From NCBI GenBank assembly GCA_965217895.1, contig CBDCJV010000002.1, forward strand, positions 4,352,001 to 4,416,000: a stretch of 64,000 bases of DNA, written 5' to 3'. The DNA comes from Waterburya sp. GTDB lineage: Bacteria > Cyanobacteriota > Cyanobacteriia > Cyanobacteriales > Xenococcaceae. Positions 28,789-39,464 of the stretch are shown one piece after another. The notes beneath the pieces are model-generated. The model saw only the letters and a program-made list of their open reading frames with translations, made no database searches and was not told the origin of the DNA. Position numbers and translations under genes: made by a program. Within the stretch, counting starts at the first letter, position 1. Every line of letters starts with the position of its first letter.

Positions 28789-30582
28789 TTACGCTCGGCA
28801 AACTTCTTCCCACCAGTGTTTTAAAATTGCTAAACTCCAACGGCGATACCAAAGTTTCAAGTCAATATTTGTTTCAAATGACGAAAGATCGAAGTGATTA
28901 TCCCATTCTTTTTCTAACCATTTTTGTAAAGGGAAAGAAAAACCTTTCTTCGGACGATTAGTAACCCAAGTAGGTAACTCAGATAAGGATTGAGTTAATA
29001 ATTGTTTTTTTGGTGCTAGACGAATATTACTAGGAATGGAAGCAATTTTTTCTAAGAGAATTTTATCCACAAAAGGCACTCTTAATTCTAATCCCCAAGC
29101 CATACTCATAACATCGCTATCTCTTAATAATTGATTACGCATATATCGACTAAGTTCTAGAAAACTAACTTCATCTTCCAAAGATGGTTGATCGGGAATA
29201 GAATTCTGAAAATATTTAGTATTGATAGTCAATTCGGGAAATAGCGTATTAGCAATTTGGCAAGCTTCTTTTGGAGAAAAAATACCACGAAAACTGCTGT
29301 AAGCATTGTGACTCGCAGGAGATTGTTGTAAGAAATCACCTAATCTTTTGAGACGTGGTTTTTGGGCATAGGTTTCTAATAAATGACCCCAACAACTCAT
29401 AATACTTGATACTGCTGATAAATTTTTCTGCCAAGACACCATTTGTGGTACTTTTTGAAACGAACTATAACCACCAAATAGTTCATCTCCGCCTAATCCA
29501 GATAGAACCACTTTAGTATTGTTGTTTCTGGCAATCTGAGAAACACAAAAAGTATTGAATCCGTCAATAGTTGGCTGGTCTATTTGCTCTAAAAATTGTA
29601 AAAATAAATTTCTGCCTGTCCCTGCATCAAGCTTGTATTCTGTATGTTCTGTCCCAAAATGTTTTGCTGTTTGACTGGCTATATTGCCTTCATTCCATTC
29701 GCTTTCAGCAAAAGCAATAGAGTAAGTACAAAGCTTGTTAGCTTGAGTTTGACGAGCCAATGCCAATATGGAGGTAGAATCAATTCCCCCACTTAGAAAT
29801 ATACCGACAGGTACATCACTAATAAAATGATGTTTTACAGAATCAATTAACGCATTCCGCACTATCTCTTGTGCTTCAGATGAATCAATTGGTTTAGAAC
29901 CAAATTGAATTTGCCAATAAGATTTTTTTGTTAGCTCATTATGTTGCCAAAACAAACAATGACCAGCTTCTAGACAATGAATATCGTCAATTAAAGTATA
30001 TGGTTCTGGTACTGTGCCAGTGGTTAAATAGCCATATAGACCTTCAGAACTCAAATTAATACTGGGAAGTTTAGAAGCTAAAATAGTTTTTAGTTCTGAA
30101 CCAAAAACCAAGGTTGAGCCAGATTGCCAATAGTATAAAGGCTTAATTCCCAAGTGATCGCGAGCTAAAAAACAAGTTTTTTCTAGATCGTCCCAGATCG
30201 CGAAGGCAAACATTCCTCGCAAATGATGGACGCAATCTTGACCATAATACTGATAGGTTTTTAATAAAACTTCGGTATCGGTTTGAGAAGAAAATTGTTC
30301 TCCTTGAGCTTCTAAATGCGATCGCAATTCTTGAAAATTATAAATTTCCCCATTAAAAGTTATCCAATATCTTCCATGATTAATAGACATTGGTTGATGA
30401 CCAGCAGCAGTGAGATCGACAATAGAAAGACGAGTATGAGCCAAAGCAGCTTTTTTATCTTTCGAGATAAATATTCCGCGGTCGTCTGGACCACGATGAA
30501 TTAAAGCCTTTTGCATTCGCTCAATCAAAAATTCCAAATCCTTTGGCTGATTATTGGTTAATATACCTGCAATACCGCACAT
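28789..30582 (-). CDS. asnB: asparagine synthase (glutamine-hydrolyzing) family amidotransferase, likely glycan amidation
   Basis: MCGIAG, HRGPD, FNGEIYN, RD..GIKPLYY, LSGGIDS, LSG.GGDELFGGY, ELRVPF, KKGF. Confidence 0.9.
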   Translation of the reverse strand: MCGIAGILTNNQPKDLEFLIERMQKALIHRGPDDRGIFISKDKKAALAHTRLSIVDLTAAGHQPMSINHGRYWITFNGEIYNFQELRSHLEAQGEQFSSQTDTEVLLKTYQYYGQDCVHHLRGMFAFAIWDDLEKTCFLARDHLGIKPLYYWQSGSTLVFGSELKTILASKLPSINLSSEGLYGYLTTGTVPEPYTLIDDIHCLEAGHCLFWQHNELTKKSYWQIQFGSKPIDSSEAQEIVRNALIDSVKHHFISDVPVGIFLSGGIDSTSILALARQTQANKLCTYSIAFAESEWNEGNIASQTAKHFGTEHTEYKLDAGTGRNLFLQFLEQIDQPTIDGFNTFCVSQIARNNNTKVVLSGLGGDELFGGYSSFQKVPQMVSWQKNLSAVSSIMSCWGHLLETYAQKPRLKRLGDFLQQSPASHNAYSSFRGIFSPKEACQIANTLFPELTINTKYFQNSIPDQPSLEDEVSFLELSRYMRNQLLRDSDVMSMAWGLELRVPFVDKILLEKIASIPSNIRLAPKKQLLTQSLSELPTWVTNRPKKGFSFPLQKWLEKEWDNHFDLSSFETNIDLKLWYRRWSLAILKHWWEEVCRA

Positions 30583-30594
30583 TATTTTTTACAA

Positions 30595-31767
30595 TTAATT
30601 CCAGTAGTTGTTTAAATGTCGAGATAAAGTATATTTAAAACTTTCCCAGCCAAATATCTCTATTACTTTGTTTCTTAAATCTCTAGGTTGATAAATTAAA
30701 GGATTAGGATATTTATGTTGAATAATTTGAATTATGGTTTGGGAAATTTCGTCAATATCATCAGGATTTACTAAGGCACCCAATTTACCATCACAAAGAG
30801 CATCCCTCGCGCCATCTCGATTTCCAGCTAGGACTGGTTTCCCACAGGCCAATGCTTCTAAATAGACAATACCAAATCCTTCTGCTTTGCTTGGCATAGC
30901 AAATAAATCACAAAGATTGTAATGATCGCATAATTCTTCATCTGGAATGAACCCTGTAAGGGTAACATGATCCTGTAATCCTTTCTCTTCAATACAAGAT
31001 TTAATGGAAGAACTATCATCTCCTTTTCCTGCTAACAAATAGTGGATATTAGGGATGATTTTTTTAATGCTTTCCAAGGCATTGATAATTGTGTAATATC
31101 CTTTATATTGCTCTTTGCTAGATAATCTTGCTACAGTTAAGATAACAGGCTGTTCTAAAGATAAATTGTATTTTTTTAGTAGATAATCTGGTTTACAGGC
31201 AATTTGATAGCGATCGCTATCAAAAGTATTGGGTAATAATGATACTTTGCTGGGATCTAAATCTTGTTCTCTTAATAACCGTTCTCTAGTGTAGTTGCTA
31301 ACCGCTAAAATCTTATCGGCGTACAGCAGGGCTTTTTGTTGTTGAGGATTGGTAATATTCCAAGCCTCGACCCCATGAGCGATGGCGATGTAAGGAATTC
31401 CTCTCAGGCGTTTTAACCAATAAGCTGCAACCGCAAAGTTAAGATGGGTAGTAATGATCAGATCGGGTTTTTGCCAAATACCATAGGCGATTAATTGAGC
31501 AGCAAAAAATGGTGTGCGCCAAGGTAAGGAAATTTTACCTGCAAAGTGAAAATTAGTATCAGGTAAATATAAGCTATTATTTCCACAGTCGCGATCGTGT
31601 TTGAGAAATACACTGCGATCGGCTTCTTGATATATATTTTGTATAGCTTGTAATAAAAAGGCAGAGTAGACTTGAATTCCTCCTTTGAAAGCAAAAATAT
31701 CGGGTAGCCAAAGGTGAAGTTTATAATCCTTTTTATTAACTTTGACAGTATTAAAAACTGACTCCAT
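30595..31767 (-). CDS. glycosyltransferase family 4
   Basis: GGIQ, HG.E, TVARL...YKG, EGFGIVYLEA. Confidence 0.92.
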   Translation of the reverse strand: MESVFNTVKVNKKDYKLHLWLPDIFAFKGGIQVYSAFLLQAIQNIYQEADRSVFLKHDRDCGNNSLYLPDTNFHFAGKISLPWRTPFFAAQLIAYGIWQKPDLIITTHLNFAVAAYWLKRLRGIPYIAIAHGVEAWNITNPQQQKALLYADKILAVSNYTRERLLREQDLDPSKVSLLPNTFDSDRYQIACKPDYLLKKYNLSLEQPVILTVARLSSKEQYKGYYTIINALESIKKIIPNIHYLLAGKGDDSSSIKSCIEEKGLQDHVTLTGFIPDEELCDHYNLCDLFAMPSKAEGFGIVYLEALACGKPVLAGNRDGARDALCDGKLGALVNPDDIDEISQTIIQIIQHKYPNPLIYQPRDLRNKVIEIFGWESFKYTLSRHLNNYWN

Positions 31768-31798
31768 GTTTTGCTTGTCCTCTGCTTAATACAGCAAA

Positions 31799-32968
31799 TT
31801 AACTAGATATTGAACTCAACGCTTTTTGTAATCCTTCAGTAGTTTGTTTATAGCTATAATTTTTAATAATTTCACTGCTATTATCGCCCCACTGTTTTAA
31901 CCTTTCTAGATCGCAAAAGGCAAGCTGTATTGACTTAGTTAAAGCAGCTATATTTCCAGCCTCAAATGTTAAGCCATTGTGATATTCATGAACCAAATCT
32001 TGTCCACAACCTACATGACTACTGACAATAATTGGACAGGACAAACACATTGCCTCATTAACAGCCAAACCCCAGGTTTCACCACGACCATAACTAGGTA
32101 AAATAAATAAATCTGCCATAGCATAGGTACGGGACATCATTTGCTGGTTTTGAAAGGGAGCAAAAAAGATGTAAGGATGCTCTGCTGCCTGTTTTTTTAA
32201 ATCTGTTTCTAGTTCTCCTCCACCAACAAACAACAAAGAAACATTTTTTAAATTTGCTTGCTTATAAGCTTGAAGTAAGTCGAGAGGACGTTTTTTTTGA
32301 TTAAATTTGCCAGCAAATAAAATAACTTGATGATGATCGGCAATACCCAGTTCTTGTTTCCACTTAGTAGCTGCAATTTTGGCAGTATTGGCTGCTTGTA
32401 AAAATCTTTTATTATCCACAGCATGAGGAGCAAAAAATAAGTGTTGAGGCTTGACGCTGCGATCGGTAAAATATTCATAGTTAGCTTTGCCGACATATAA
32501 AAAAGCAGCAAATCGACTATAAATTAATGATATAAATCTACGTTTAAGATTCTCTTTTAAGCCTTTATTAGACTGTAATCGATGGGAATCGCCTCGGAAG
32601 ATTAAAGGGGCTTTACGAGTGTTCCACTGCCAAAGAAAGCGATAAAGACTAGCATAATTATAGCCAATTAGCATTACTGCATCGGGATTATAATCAGCAA
32701 TCTTCGATAACAAGCTAGGATTTTTCAGACCTCCAATATTTTTGGTTCCAGGGTTTTTACTTGTATTGGGAATAAATTCATAATCATATCCCTCTAATAA
32801 AGGGATATCCCATTTAACAGCTTGTTGAAACTCTTGATCGACTGTCTCAGTTACGCCAAAATTCCACAAATAAAATACTTTTAAATCTATGTCGCTATTT
32901 CGGTTTATATAACTAAACCAAGGAGCATAGTATTGAATAGGATGAGAAGTAATAATAGCAAGTTTCAA
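31799..32968 (-). CDS. glycosyltransferase family 4
   Basis: SHPIQY, FAGKF..KKRP, ETWGLAVNEA. Confidence 0.9.
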   Translation of the reverse strand: MKLAIITSHPIQYYAPWFSYINRNSDIDLKVFYLWNFGVTETVDQEFQQAVKWDIPLLEGYDYEFIPNTSKNPGTKNIGGLKNPSLLSKIADYNPDAVMLIGYNYASLYRFLWQWNTRKAPLIFRGDSHRLQSNKGLKENLKRRFISLIYSRFAAFLYVGKANYEYFTDRSVKPQHLFFAPHAVDNKRFLQAANTAKIAATKWKQELGIADHHQVILFAGKFNQKKRPLDLLQAYKQANLKNVSLLFVGGGELETDLKKQAAEHPYIFFAPFQNQQMMSRTYAMADLFILPSYGRGETWGLAVNEAMCLSCPIIVSSHVGCGQDLVHEYHNGLTFEAGNIAALTKSIQLAFCDLERLKQWGDNSSEIIKNYSYKQTTEGLQKALSSISS

Positions 32969-32980
32969 TTATTATTATCC

Positions 32981-34474
32981 CTAAATTGATTGATTAATAT
33001 AGTTACCGGAATTAGTCTTCATTAAAAACATTCTTATTCCTAATAAAATGACAAGACTTTGAAAAATTACCGAAACAAAAATACCCATAGTAATCTCACC
33101 TTGGAAAGCTAAAGTCATAAATATTAAAGCTACTAAAAAGCGAAACGATAAGCTAGAAGCATTCATAGACCAGCGAGTAATCCAGCCATATAAATTACCT
33201 AAAAAGACTCCCAAACCTAAGCAACCTATCAACCCAAAATTAGCATAGGCTTCCTGTAGCAATCCCCAGCCAATAGAAGTTGTAAAAGTTTGCTCGTAAA
33301 TCTGTAGTCCATAATGGACGCTCAACATATGATTTGCCTCGGCTCCACGAATTTTATCAGAATTAAGAAATCGAGGTATTAATAGTTGAGGAATAATCGA
33401 ATAAGTTTTGCCCAATAAATAAGGTTTTTGTGTACCTGTTTCAGTTTGAACTTTAAGCAGCATCTGCATGACACTAGAGCGATTAATTAAACTATCTTCA
33501 TTTTCTTTTTTAACAATATTTTGAGCATAAATATAGTTAGTAGGTTTTCGCATTTGTTGAAGCGAACTATCGATCCAATCTTGATATACCTGCACATATT
33601 CTGAGGGTTGAATTCCAGAATTATTAACATTCCAATAATAACCGCGAACAGCTCCTTTTCCAGTATTTAAAAATGCCATAATAAAAAAGCATATCAGTAG
33701 AAAACGCCAGGGTATTTTTTTAGAACCTAACATCCAACCTGTTGCAGCAAATAGTAGATAAAATCCTGATGTATTTATATATAAAGATACCCCCGATACA
33801 AATATTAAAATAGCCATGAGAATTAAGAAAAAATAAACTTGTTTTTTCTTGAGGATTCTCGAACCCATTAAATAACCCAGAATAATTACACCAAAAGTAT
33901 TTAATCCACCTGTAATAACTTTTAGTGCTGACATAATTGAACTTGGTAATATTAGCCCTAAATAACCCGAAGTAGAAGCCATTTGATAAATAATGCCGAT
34001 AATCAAGATGCTAATAAAAAAGGGAAATACTTGCTTTTTGTCAAATTCTTTAAGTCTGGCAGAATTTAGATGAGCCTTTTGAACATAAAACATCCAGGTG
34101 ATAGTTGCCATGGCTAAAAAACCAGCCACTGTTAAAGATGAAATAAAGTGTTCGGCTGGAGTATACTCTTTGACGGCTGGATTATTAGTAATTAAAGGGA
34201 AACTATGAGTAAATAAATAATTGATTGCTAATAAAGGAAACAAAGGCAATCCTTTGGCGCGATCGCAACACCATAAGTAGCTAGGATAAAGTGCTGCTAC
34301 AGCAATTATTAATGCTCCTAAAATACTCAAAAAATCAGCTTTAGCCGTAATAATGATATAAAAACTTATAGCACAGAAAATCCAAAAACCTCTAAGAAAT
34401 AAGTTTTTTTGTCGAGTAGAAAAATTGAGAGAAAATTGTTTTGATTGATTGAATTTTAAGAGTTGAGTAGTCAT
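32981..34474 (-). CDS. polytopic membrane protein, Wzy/O-antigen polymerase-like
   Basis: About 11-12 hydrophobic segments, a large loop with IPRFL..DK, and EAYANFG..G near the C-terminus. Located among GTs. Confidence 0.6.
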   Translation of the reverse strand: MTTQLLKFNQSKQFSLNFSTRQKNLFLRGFWIFCAISFYIIITAKADFLSILGALIIAVAALYPSYLWCCDRAKGLPLFPLLAINYLFTHSFPLITNNPAVKEYTPAEHFISSLTVAGFLAMATITWMFYVQKAHLNSARLKEFDKKQVFPFFISILIIGIIYQMASTSGYLGLILPSSIMSALKVITGGLNTFGVIILGYLMGSRILKKKQVYFFLILMAILIFVSGVSLYINTSGFYLLFAATGWMLGSKKIPWRFLLICFFIMAFLNTGKGAVRGYYWNVNNSGIQPSEYVQVYQDWIDSSLQQMRKPTNYIYAQNIVKKENEDSLINRSSVMQMLLKVQTETGTQKPYLLGKTYSIIPQLLIPRFLNSDKIRGAEANHMLSVHYGLQIYEQTFTTSIGWGLLQEAYANFGLIGCLGLGVFLGNLYGWITRWSMNASSLSFRFLVALIFMTLAFQGEITMGIFVSVIFQSLVILLGIRMFLMKTNSGNYINQSI

Positions 34475-35785
34475 TTATGATAGAGTGCATTGATTAAATA
34501 TTTGGCATAGTTTGTTGGTCATACTTTTGGCTGTGTATGGCTCAAAAGCTGACCAATTAATGTTAGTAGGCGGACTTTCGGCAAACTTAAATAAATGAGT
34601 AATTTTTATTGATAGTTGTTCGATTAAATCTTCTGGCTTATCTTCACTGCTAAATGTCATTATTTCTCCTGCTTTAGTCTGTTGCATAACGTCTATTACT
34701 AAACTTTTTTGATGGAATATGCCTAAGATAGGTTTTTGTGCCAAGATGCAGGGATAAACCTTAGAAGCACTATAATTGGGATCATCAGAGCCGATTAACA
34801 AGATTCCCTGACTGTCTTTAAGAACTTGTAGAGCCTCAAAATAAGGAATTCGTAAGGGGTGTTCTGTAACCAAATCCTTAACTCCACAAGATACTGCCAG
34901 AGGCTCAATGGTTTTGGTTTCTCGTCCTTGAGGCGCGTAGCTAGTTCCCACAAAATGCAATTTTACCGACTGCCAGAGTTGCGGGTTTTGGCGGCGATGA
35001 GCTTGAATAGCCAAAAATAAAGCTTTGAGTGCTTTTGCCATATCTTGACCACCTCGACCAACATAAACCCAATGAATATTGCCATCTTGAGGAGCGAAAA
35101 TACTTTGTTTAATTTCTAAACCTGACAATAATGCAAAATCTGCTTCGGGTGCGCCAAAAGGTAAAACGGTAAACTGCTTCGGCTGTAGCCAAGGATATCT
35201 TTGTCGCAATATTTCGGGATAGGCTGAAGAAACACTTGTCACATGACCAACGTATCTCATTGCTCTAGGTTCTAGCTGACGCGCCATGAATTGAGCCAAG
35301 CCGTACTTTAATCTACCTCCAGGGGGAATTGTACCTTTTCCCTGCTTTTGGTAATAGTCACTCAACCAAGGGTCTTGAAAATCTAATACATAAGGTACTG
35401 CAAACTTTTTAAACCATCTTGCTGCCAATCCCATCGCCAGAAAGACAGTAGTAGAAAAGTAGATTAGATCGAAAGAATTGTCCTGTAATAACTTGTCACC
35501 AGCAGCAGTCAAATAAGGCAAACAACGCCAGCCAAGACTGCTTAAACCAACTATCTTGGTATATTTGACAGGTAAAGCTTTAATATAAGTAACAGATATA
35601 TCTTCAGGTATGGTAGATTGCAAATTGCGATCGCTTACTCCTTGGACGGCTTCTGGCTGTATGGCTATGACATGAGGCTGCCAACCAAATTCTTTGAAAT
35701 AAGGCAAAGCCATTCTAATTCGCTGATGATCAGCAGCATTGATCGGCGGAAAATGAGGACTAATGATGAGAAGCTTACGTTTCAA
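34475..35785 (-). CDS. glycosyltransferase (GT4-like)
   Basis: SPHFPP, DFQDPW, SKVYPCI.A.KPI. Confidence 0.8.
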   Translation of the reverse strand: MKRKLLIISPHFPPINAADHQRIRMALPYFKEFGWQPHVIAIQPEAVQGVSDRNLQSTIPEDISVTYIKALPVKYTKIVGLSSLGWRCLPYLTAAGDKLLQDNSFDLIYFSTTVFLAMGLAARWFKKFAVPYVLDFQDPWLSDYYQKQGKGTIPPGGRLKYGLAQFMARQLEPRAMRYVGHVTSVSSAYPEILRQRYPWLQPKQFTVLPFGAPEADFALLSGLEIKQSIFAPQDGNIHWVYVGRGGQDMAKALKALFLAIQAHRRQNPQLWQSVKLHFVGTSYAPQGRETKTIEPLAVSCGVKDLVTEHPLRIPYFEALQVLKDSQGILLIGSDDPNYSASKVYPCILAQKPILGIFHQKSLVIDVMQQTKAGEIMTFSSEDKPEDLIEQLSIKITHLFKFAESPPTNINWSAFEPYTAKSMTNKLCQIFNQCTLS

Positions 35786-35845
35786 TGACTTTTCTTCAAC
35801 TTTACTTCTGTTAATAATAAGGTTGCATTTGATAATCTTGATATT

Positions 35846-36556
35846 TTAAACACCCCAACGTTTGTCTGTTCTGAATCGACTATTACGAGGTACAAAAATA
35901 AAATCAGCTTGCCATAATGCTCGGTCTAAAGGGCGACGGGTTAAACCGCAGATATCATAAGCAACCCAATCGCGATCGTTTAACCAAGTAATTACATCTG
36001 CTATCAACGGCACGTGGCGATGAATATCTAAAAAATTAATTTCTGCCAAAATTACTTGCATCTGAGGTAAGGAATTTTCTGCGCCTTTAAGAACTTCTAG
36101 CTCGTAACCTTGAACATCAAGTTTAAGTAGATCGGGAGGACAATTTTTGAAATACTCTTGAACAATAGAGTCTATGGTCACCATCGAAGAATACTGAATA
36201 GGAAAATCTTGAGTAATGTGTTCAACTAATACTGAAGATGCTGTTTCTGCTGCATGAAGTGCTACTGATTCTTGATTTTTTGCACCTACTAGAGTGGAAA
36301 ATACCTGGATTTGTGACTTAGATGCAGATAAATTGTTTAATTGAATTATTTTATCTTCTAAAGCTTCAAAACAAGAAACTTTAGTGTTTGACCAAATATT
36401 GAGACAACAATTAGCAAATTCACCTTTGTATGCTCCTACATCAAAAATATGAATTGGTTCAAAATCTATTTTTGCCAAACGCTCTATTGCAAAAGGAATT
36501 CCTGGTATTTCTAATCTTTTTGAGAGGTACTTTTTAATTTGCTCTTTGACAACCAT
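35846..36556 (-). CDS. FkbM family methyltransferase
   Basis: FDVGAYKG, FEA, LLKLDVQGYELEVLKG. Confidence 0.9.
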   Translation of the reverse strand: MVVKEQIKKYLSKRLEIPGIPFAIERLAKIDFEPIHIFDVGAYKGEFANCCLNIWSNTKVSCFEALEDKIIQLNNLSASKSQIQVFSTLVGAKNQESVALHAAETASSVLVEHITQDFPIQYSSMVTIDSIVQEYFKNCPPDLLKLDVQGYELEVLKGAENSLPQMQVILAEINFLDIHRHVPLIADVITWLNDRDWVAYDICGLTRRPLDRALWQADFIFVPRNSRFRTDKRWGV

Positions 36557-36707
36557 AAATTTACCTAATTTTTGTTAACAGCATAAATCTGATTTGGGTA
36601 AAAACCTGAGCAATTAATTCTTTCAAAATACTTTATTTATACAGGCAAATATCAAAAACCGCTAGAAATTTTTCAAATTATCTCTAACTTTTAAAATAGC
36701 AATAATT

Positions 36708-37781
36708 TCAGGTCAGAATAGACTCAGATTTTGAATTGGTCAACGATTTTTGATTGAGTATTTGACAATATAATTTTTCGTAGCGATCTACAATTACCGA
36801 GGCAGAAAAACACTCTTCCACTCTTTGACGACAGTTATGACGGTAAATCCGATCCAGATTGGTTACTGCGTCACAAGCTTCTTGGAGATTATTAATTAAA
36901 TAACCATCGATTCCTTGACGGACAATTTCAGGTAATGCACCTTTGGGTGCAGAAATCACAGGAGTACCACAAGCTAAAGCTTCAGCAAAGACAATACCAA
37001 AGGGTTCTGACCATTCTATCGGCACAATCATTGCTGCTGCTTGTCCTAACATTTGGTTTTTCTCGATATCATCTACAGTCCCTACATATTCGATACCATC
37101 TTTATTTAAATGAGGTACTATTGCTTCTGACCAATACTTACCAGCTTCTCCTGTAGTACTATAGTTGCCAGCAATCAAAAGACGACGACCAGTCTGTTTC
37201 GCTACTTTTATTGCGGTATGCGCACCTTTGATTCTTTCTAGGCGACTCAAAAATACTAAAGGTGCATCGACAGCAACATTAGGCTGAAAAGTATATTTGT
37301 CTAATTCAACGCAATTATGGATGGGATACCATCTCCCAGCAATATTCCTTCCCTGGCGACAGATATATTCGCTACAGCCAGTAAAGGTTAAACCATCTTT
37401 CCCCAATTTACTTGCCCAACCCACTGTACGATTGCTAGGCTGTCTTTGATAAGACATGATTTTTGGCAGAGAAGAATTGAATAACCAGGGAAACAGATAA
37501 AAGATACGCGAAAAACTATGAACTACCTCTGGTTGAAATTCTCGAATAGCTTGCCATAGAGTATAGGTATTCCGCAGCATATCAATCTTATCTTGGGAAT
37601 GCTTACCTTGCCAAGAAAACAGGCGATCGCATTCAGTAGTAGAATCTTGATGAGCTACTAATCCTACTGTATGTCCACGACTTTTTAAGCCTGCAATTAA
37701 TAAATCGATAATTCTTTCAATCCCACCATATAGTTTTGGTGGTACTGGCAATTCTGGATCGGCGGTAAGCAGAATACGCAT
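36708..37781 (-). CDS. glycosyltransferase family 4
   Basis: VPP..YGGIER, FLSRL..IKG, W.EPFGIVFAEALACGTPVI. Confidence 0.92.
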   Translation of the reverse strand: MRILLTADPELPVPPKLYGGIERIIDLLIAGLKSRGHTVGLVAHQDSTTECDRLFSWQGKHSQDKIDMLRNTYTLWQAIREFQPEVVHSFSRIFYLFPWLFNSSLPKIMSYQRQPSNRTVGWASKLGKDGLTFTGCSEYICRQGRNIAGRWYPIHNCVELDKYTFQPNVAVDAPLVFLSRLERIKGAHTAIKVAKQTGRRLLIAGNYSTTGEAGKYWSEAIVPHLNKDGIEYVGTVDDIEKNQMLGQAAAMIVPIEWSEPFGIVFAEALACGTPVISAPKGALPEIVRQGIDGYLINNLQEACDAVTNLDRIYRHNCRQRVEECFSASVIVDRYEKLYCQILNQKSLTNSKSESILT

Positions 37782-37793
37782 AGTTAATCTTTT

Positions 37794-38540
37794 TTACTGT
37801 ACTGTTTTGTGGACAAAAAGAGCATTACAAAATCCAAAGTATCTTTTATTTTTTCCCCATCTAAAAATTTCATAAAATCCTGACAAGCTGAAATTATTAG
37901 CTTCAAGAAATTTATTTAATGTTTCAAAATACTGACATTCAGGATTATTCGGCTCAAAACTAATTTCGGCATAAATAAATTTAATTAGATTATTATCTAA
38001 GTAATATTTTGCTCCACTTAACACTTCTAATTCATAACCTTGGACATCTATTTTTAATAGATCTATCTGTTCGATATAATGCTCTTGAGCAAAATTATCG
38101 AGAGCTACTATCTTAATTGTCTCTGTAATTTCAGTATCAGTTCTGGTAGCAACTTTTTCTTTTACTAAGGTATTTAATTGGGAATCCTCACGAAGAACAA
38201 GAAATTGTTCTTCTTCTTTTTTAGCCAAGGCATACTGAAAATTTCTGATATTGTGAAACTTATGAGTTTTGGCTTGTAAAATATTATAAGTATCTTTTAC
38301 AGGCTCAAAAGAAAAGATGGTAGATTGAGGAAAATAGCGATTTAAAAATAGACTAGTTTGCCCTATATTGGCACCCACATCAAAAATAGTCTTGATTTGT
38401 TTTGAATTTGCCATCCTTTGAATGTCATAAGGATAGCTTTTACCGATGGGAACAACTCTTGTCAAAGGCATTAAAGGCGATGATAGAGATGAATGTAGTA
38501 AATTAGATATTAACTTTCCAATGAAATATCGGTAATTCAT
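37794..38540 (-). CDS. FkbM family methyltransferase
   Basis: FDVGANIG, FEP, IDLLKIDVQGYE. Confidence 0.92.
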   Translation of the reverse strand: MNYRYFIGKLISNLLHSSLSSPLMPLTRVVPIGKSYPYDIQRMANSKQIKTIFDVGANIGQTSLFLNRYFPQSTIFSFEPVKDTYNILQAKTHKFHNIRNFQYALAKKEEEQFLVLREDSQLNTLVKEKVATRTDTEITETIKIVALDNFAQEHYIEQIDLLKIDVQGYELEVLSGAKYYLDNNLIKFIYAEISFEPNNPECQYFETLNKFLEANNFSLSGFYEIFRWGKNKRYFGFCNALFVHKTVQ

Positions 38541-38668
38541 ATAAATAAAATTCCCATTATTTTGCTAATTTACAAAGTAATTTTATTGAATACGATCAAA
38601 AGATTTATAATGAGGATTTCAAGTTTTCATCGTTATAAAAATTCTTCTATAAGATTAAAAAACTTTTT

Positions 38669-39442
38669 TCACTTTTTGGCTTCAAAATACAACGAATAAG
38701 GACGATGTTGTTCTCTATCTATACACTCTTGAGGAAAATCTCCTTTTTTCCATTCGCAACAATCGACAGAAGTAAAACCAGCATTACGCAACTCTAGTTC
38801 TAGGGTTTCTGCATCATAACCACCATAATGCTCCCATCCTTGAACAAAAATATGGTTAAGTGCTTGCATTTTAGTTTTAAAAGCTTTTTCTGGAATATCT
38901 CCACCACAGCCAATATAATTAAACTTTTCCCAACTAGGTTCTAAATAAGCTTTAATATATAGTTCTGCATTAGGCACAATAATTCTTAAAACACCTTTTG
39001 GTTTCAAACAACGGTAGCAGTTTTGCAAAAAATCTGGACGCTCATCTATCGGCTCTAAATGCTCTAAAAAGTGTTCTACGTGTATTCCAGAGCAAGAATT
39101 ATCTGCTAGAGGTAAATTTTTTCTAGCATCTGTTCTCAAAGTGATGTTGGAGTGACTATATAAATCAAGATTAATCCAGTCAGGTTTTCCATAGGGGCCA
39201 CAACCCACATTAACTAGAAGATTATCCCGTTTTTTGAGTTGACCAATTTTAGCTCTATAACCAGGATGTAACTGATGCAGACTACGAATGTACCAGGAAT
39301 TTAGCTCTAATCGAAGATGATTGAATACATGACGATTAATAGGAAGTCTAGAAGTAAGCCAAGAGCCTAGCTTTTGCTTGAATGTTTTTTTTGAAGTAGA
39401 AGGTGGTTTAAAAATTCCTGAATGATCGATTTGAGATGTCAT
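38669..39442 (-). CDS. class I SAM-dependent methyltransferase
   Basis: NVGCG, W.NLD, HFLEH, R.LKPKG.LRI.VP, SLYFEA.K. Confidence 0.85.
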   Translation of the reverse strand: MTSQIDHSGIFKPPSTSKKTFKQKLGSWLTSRLPINRHVFNHLRLELNSWYIRSLHQLHPGYRAKIGQLKKRDNLLVNVGCGPYGKPDWINLDLYSHSNITLRTDARKNLPLADNSCSGIHVEHFLEHLEPIDERPDFLQNCYRCLKPKGVLRIIVPNAELYIKAYLEPSWEKFNYIGCGGDIPEKAFKTKMQALNHIFVQGWEHYGGYDAETLELELRNAGFTSVDCCEWKKGDFPQECIDREQHRPYSLYFEAKK

Positions 39443-39464
39443 TTCAAAGCTTTTTCCATAAAAG

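Noticed and set aside
28789..30582. Lasso peptide cyclase (AsnB-like) cluster, given a TldD/PmbA protease in the window
   Set aside because: It has a full glutaminase domain (MCGI) and sits among GTs. No precursor, B1/B2 or RRE genes are present, and pmbA is 16 kb away.
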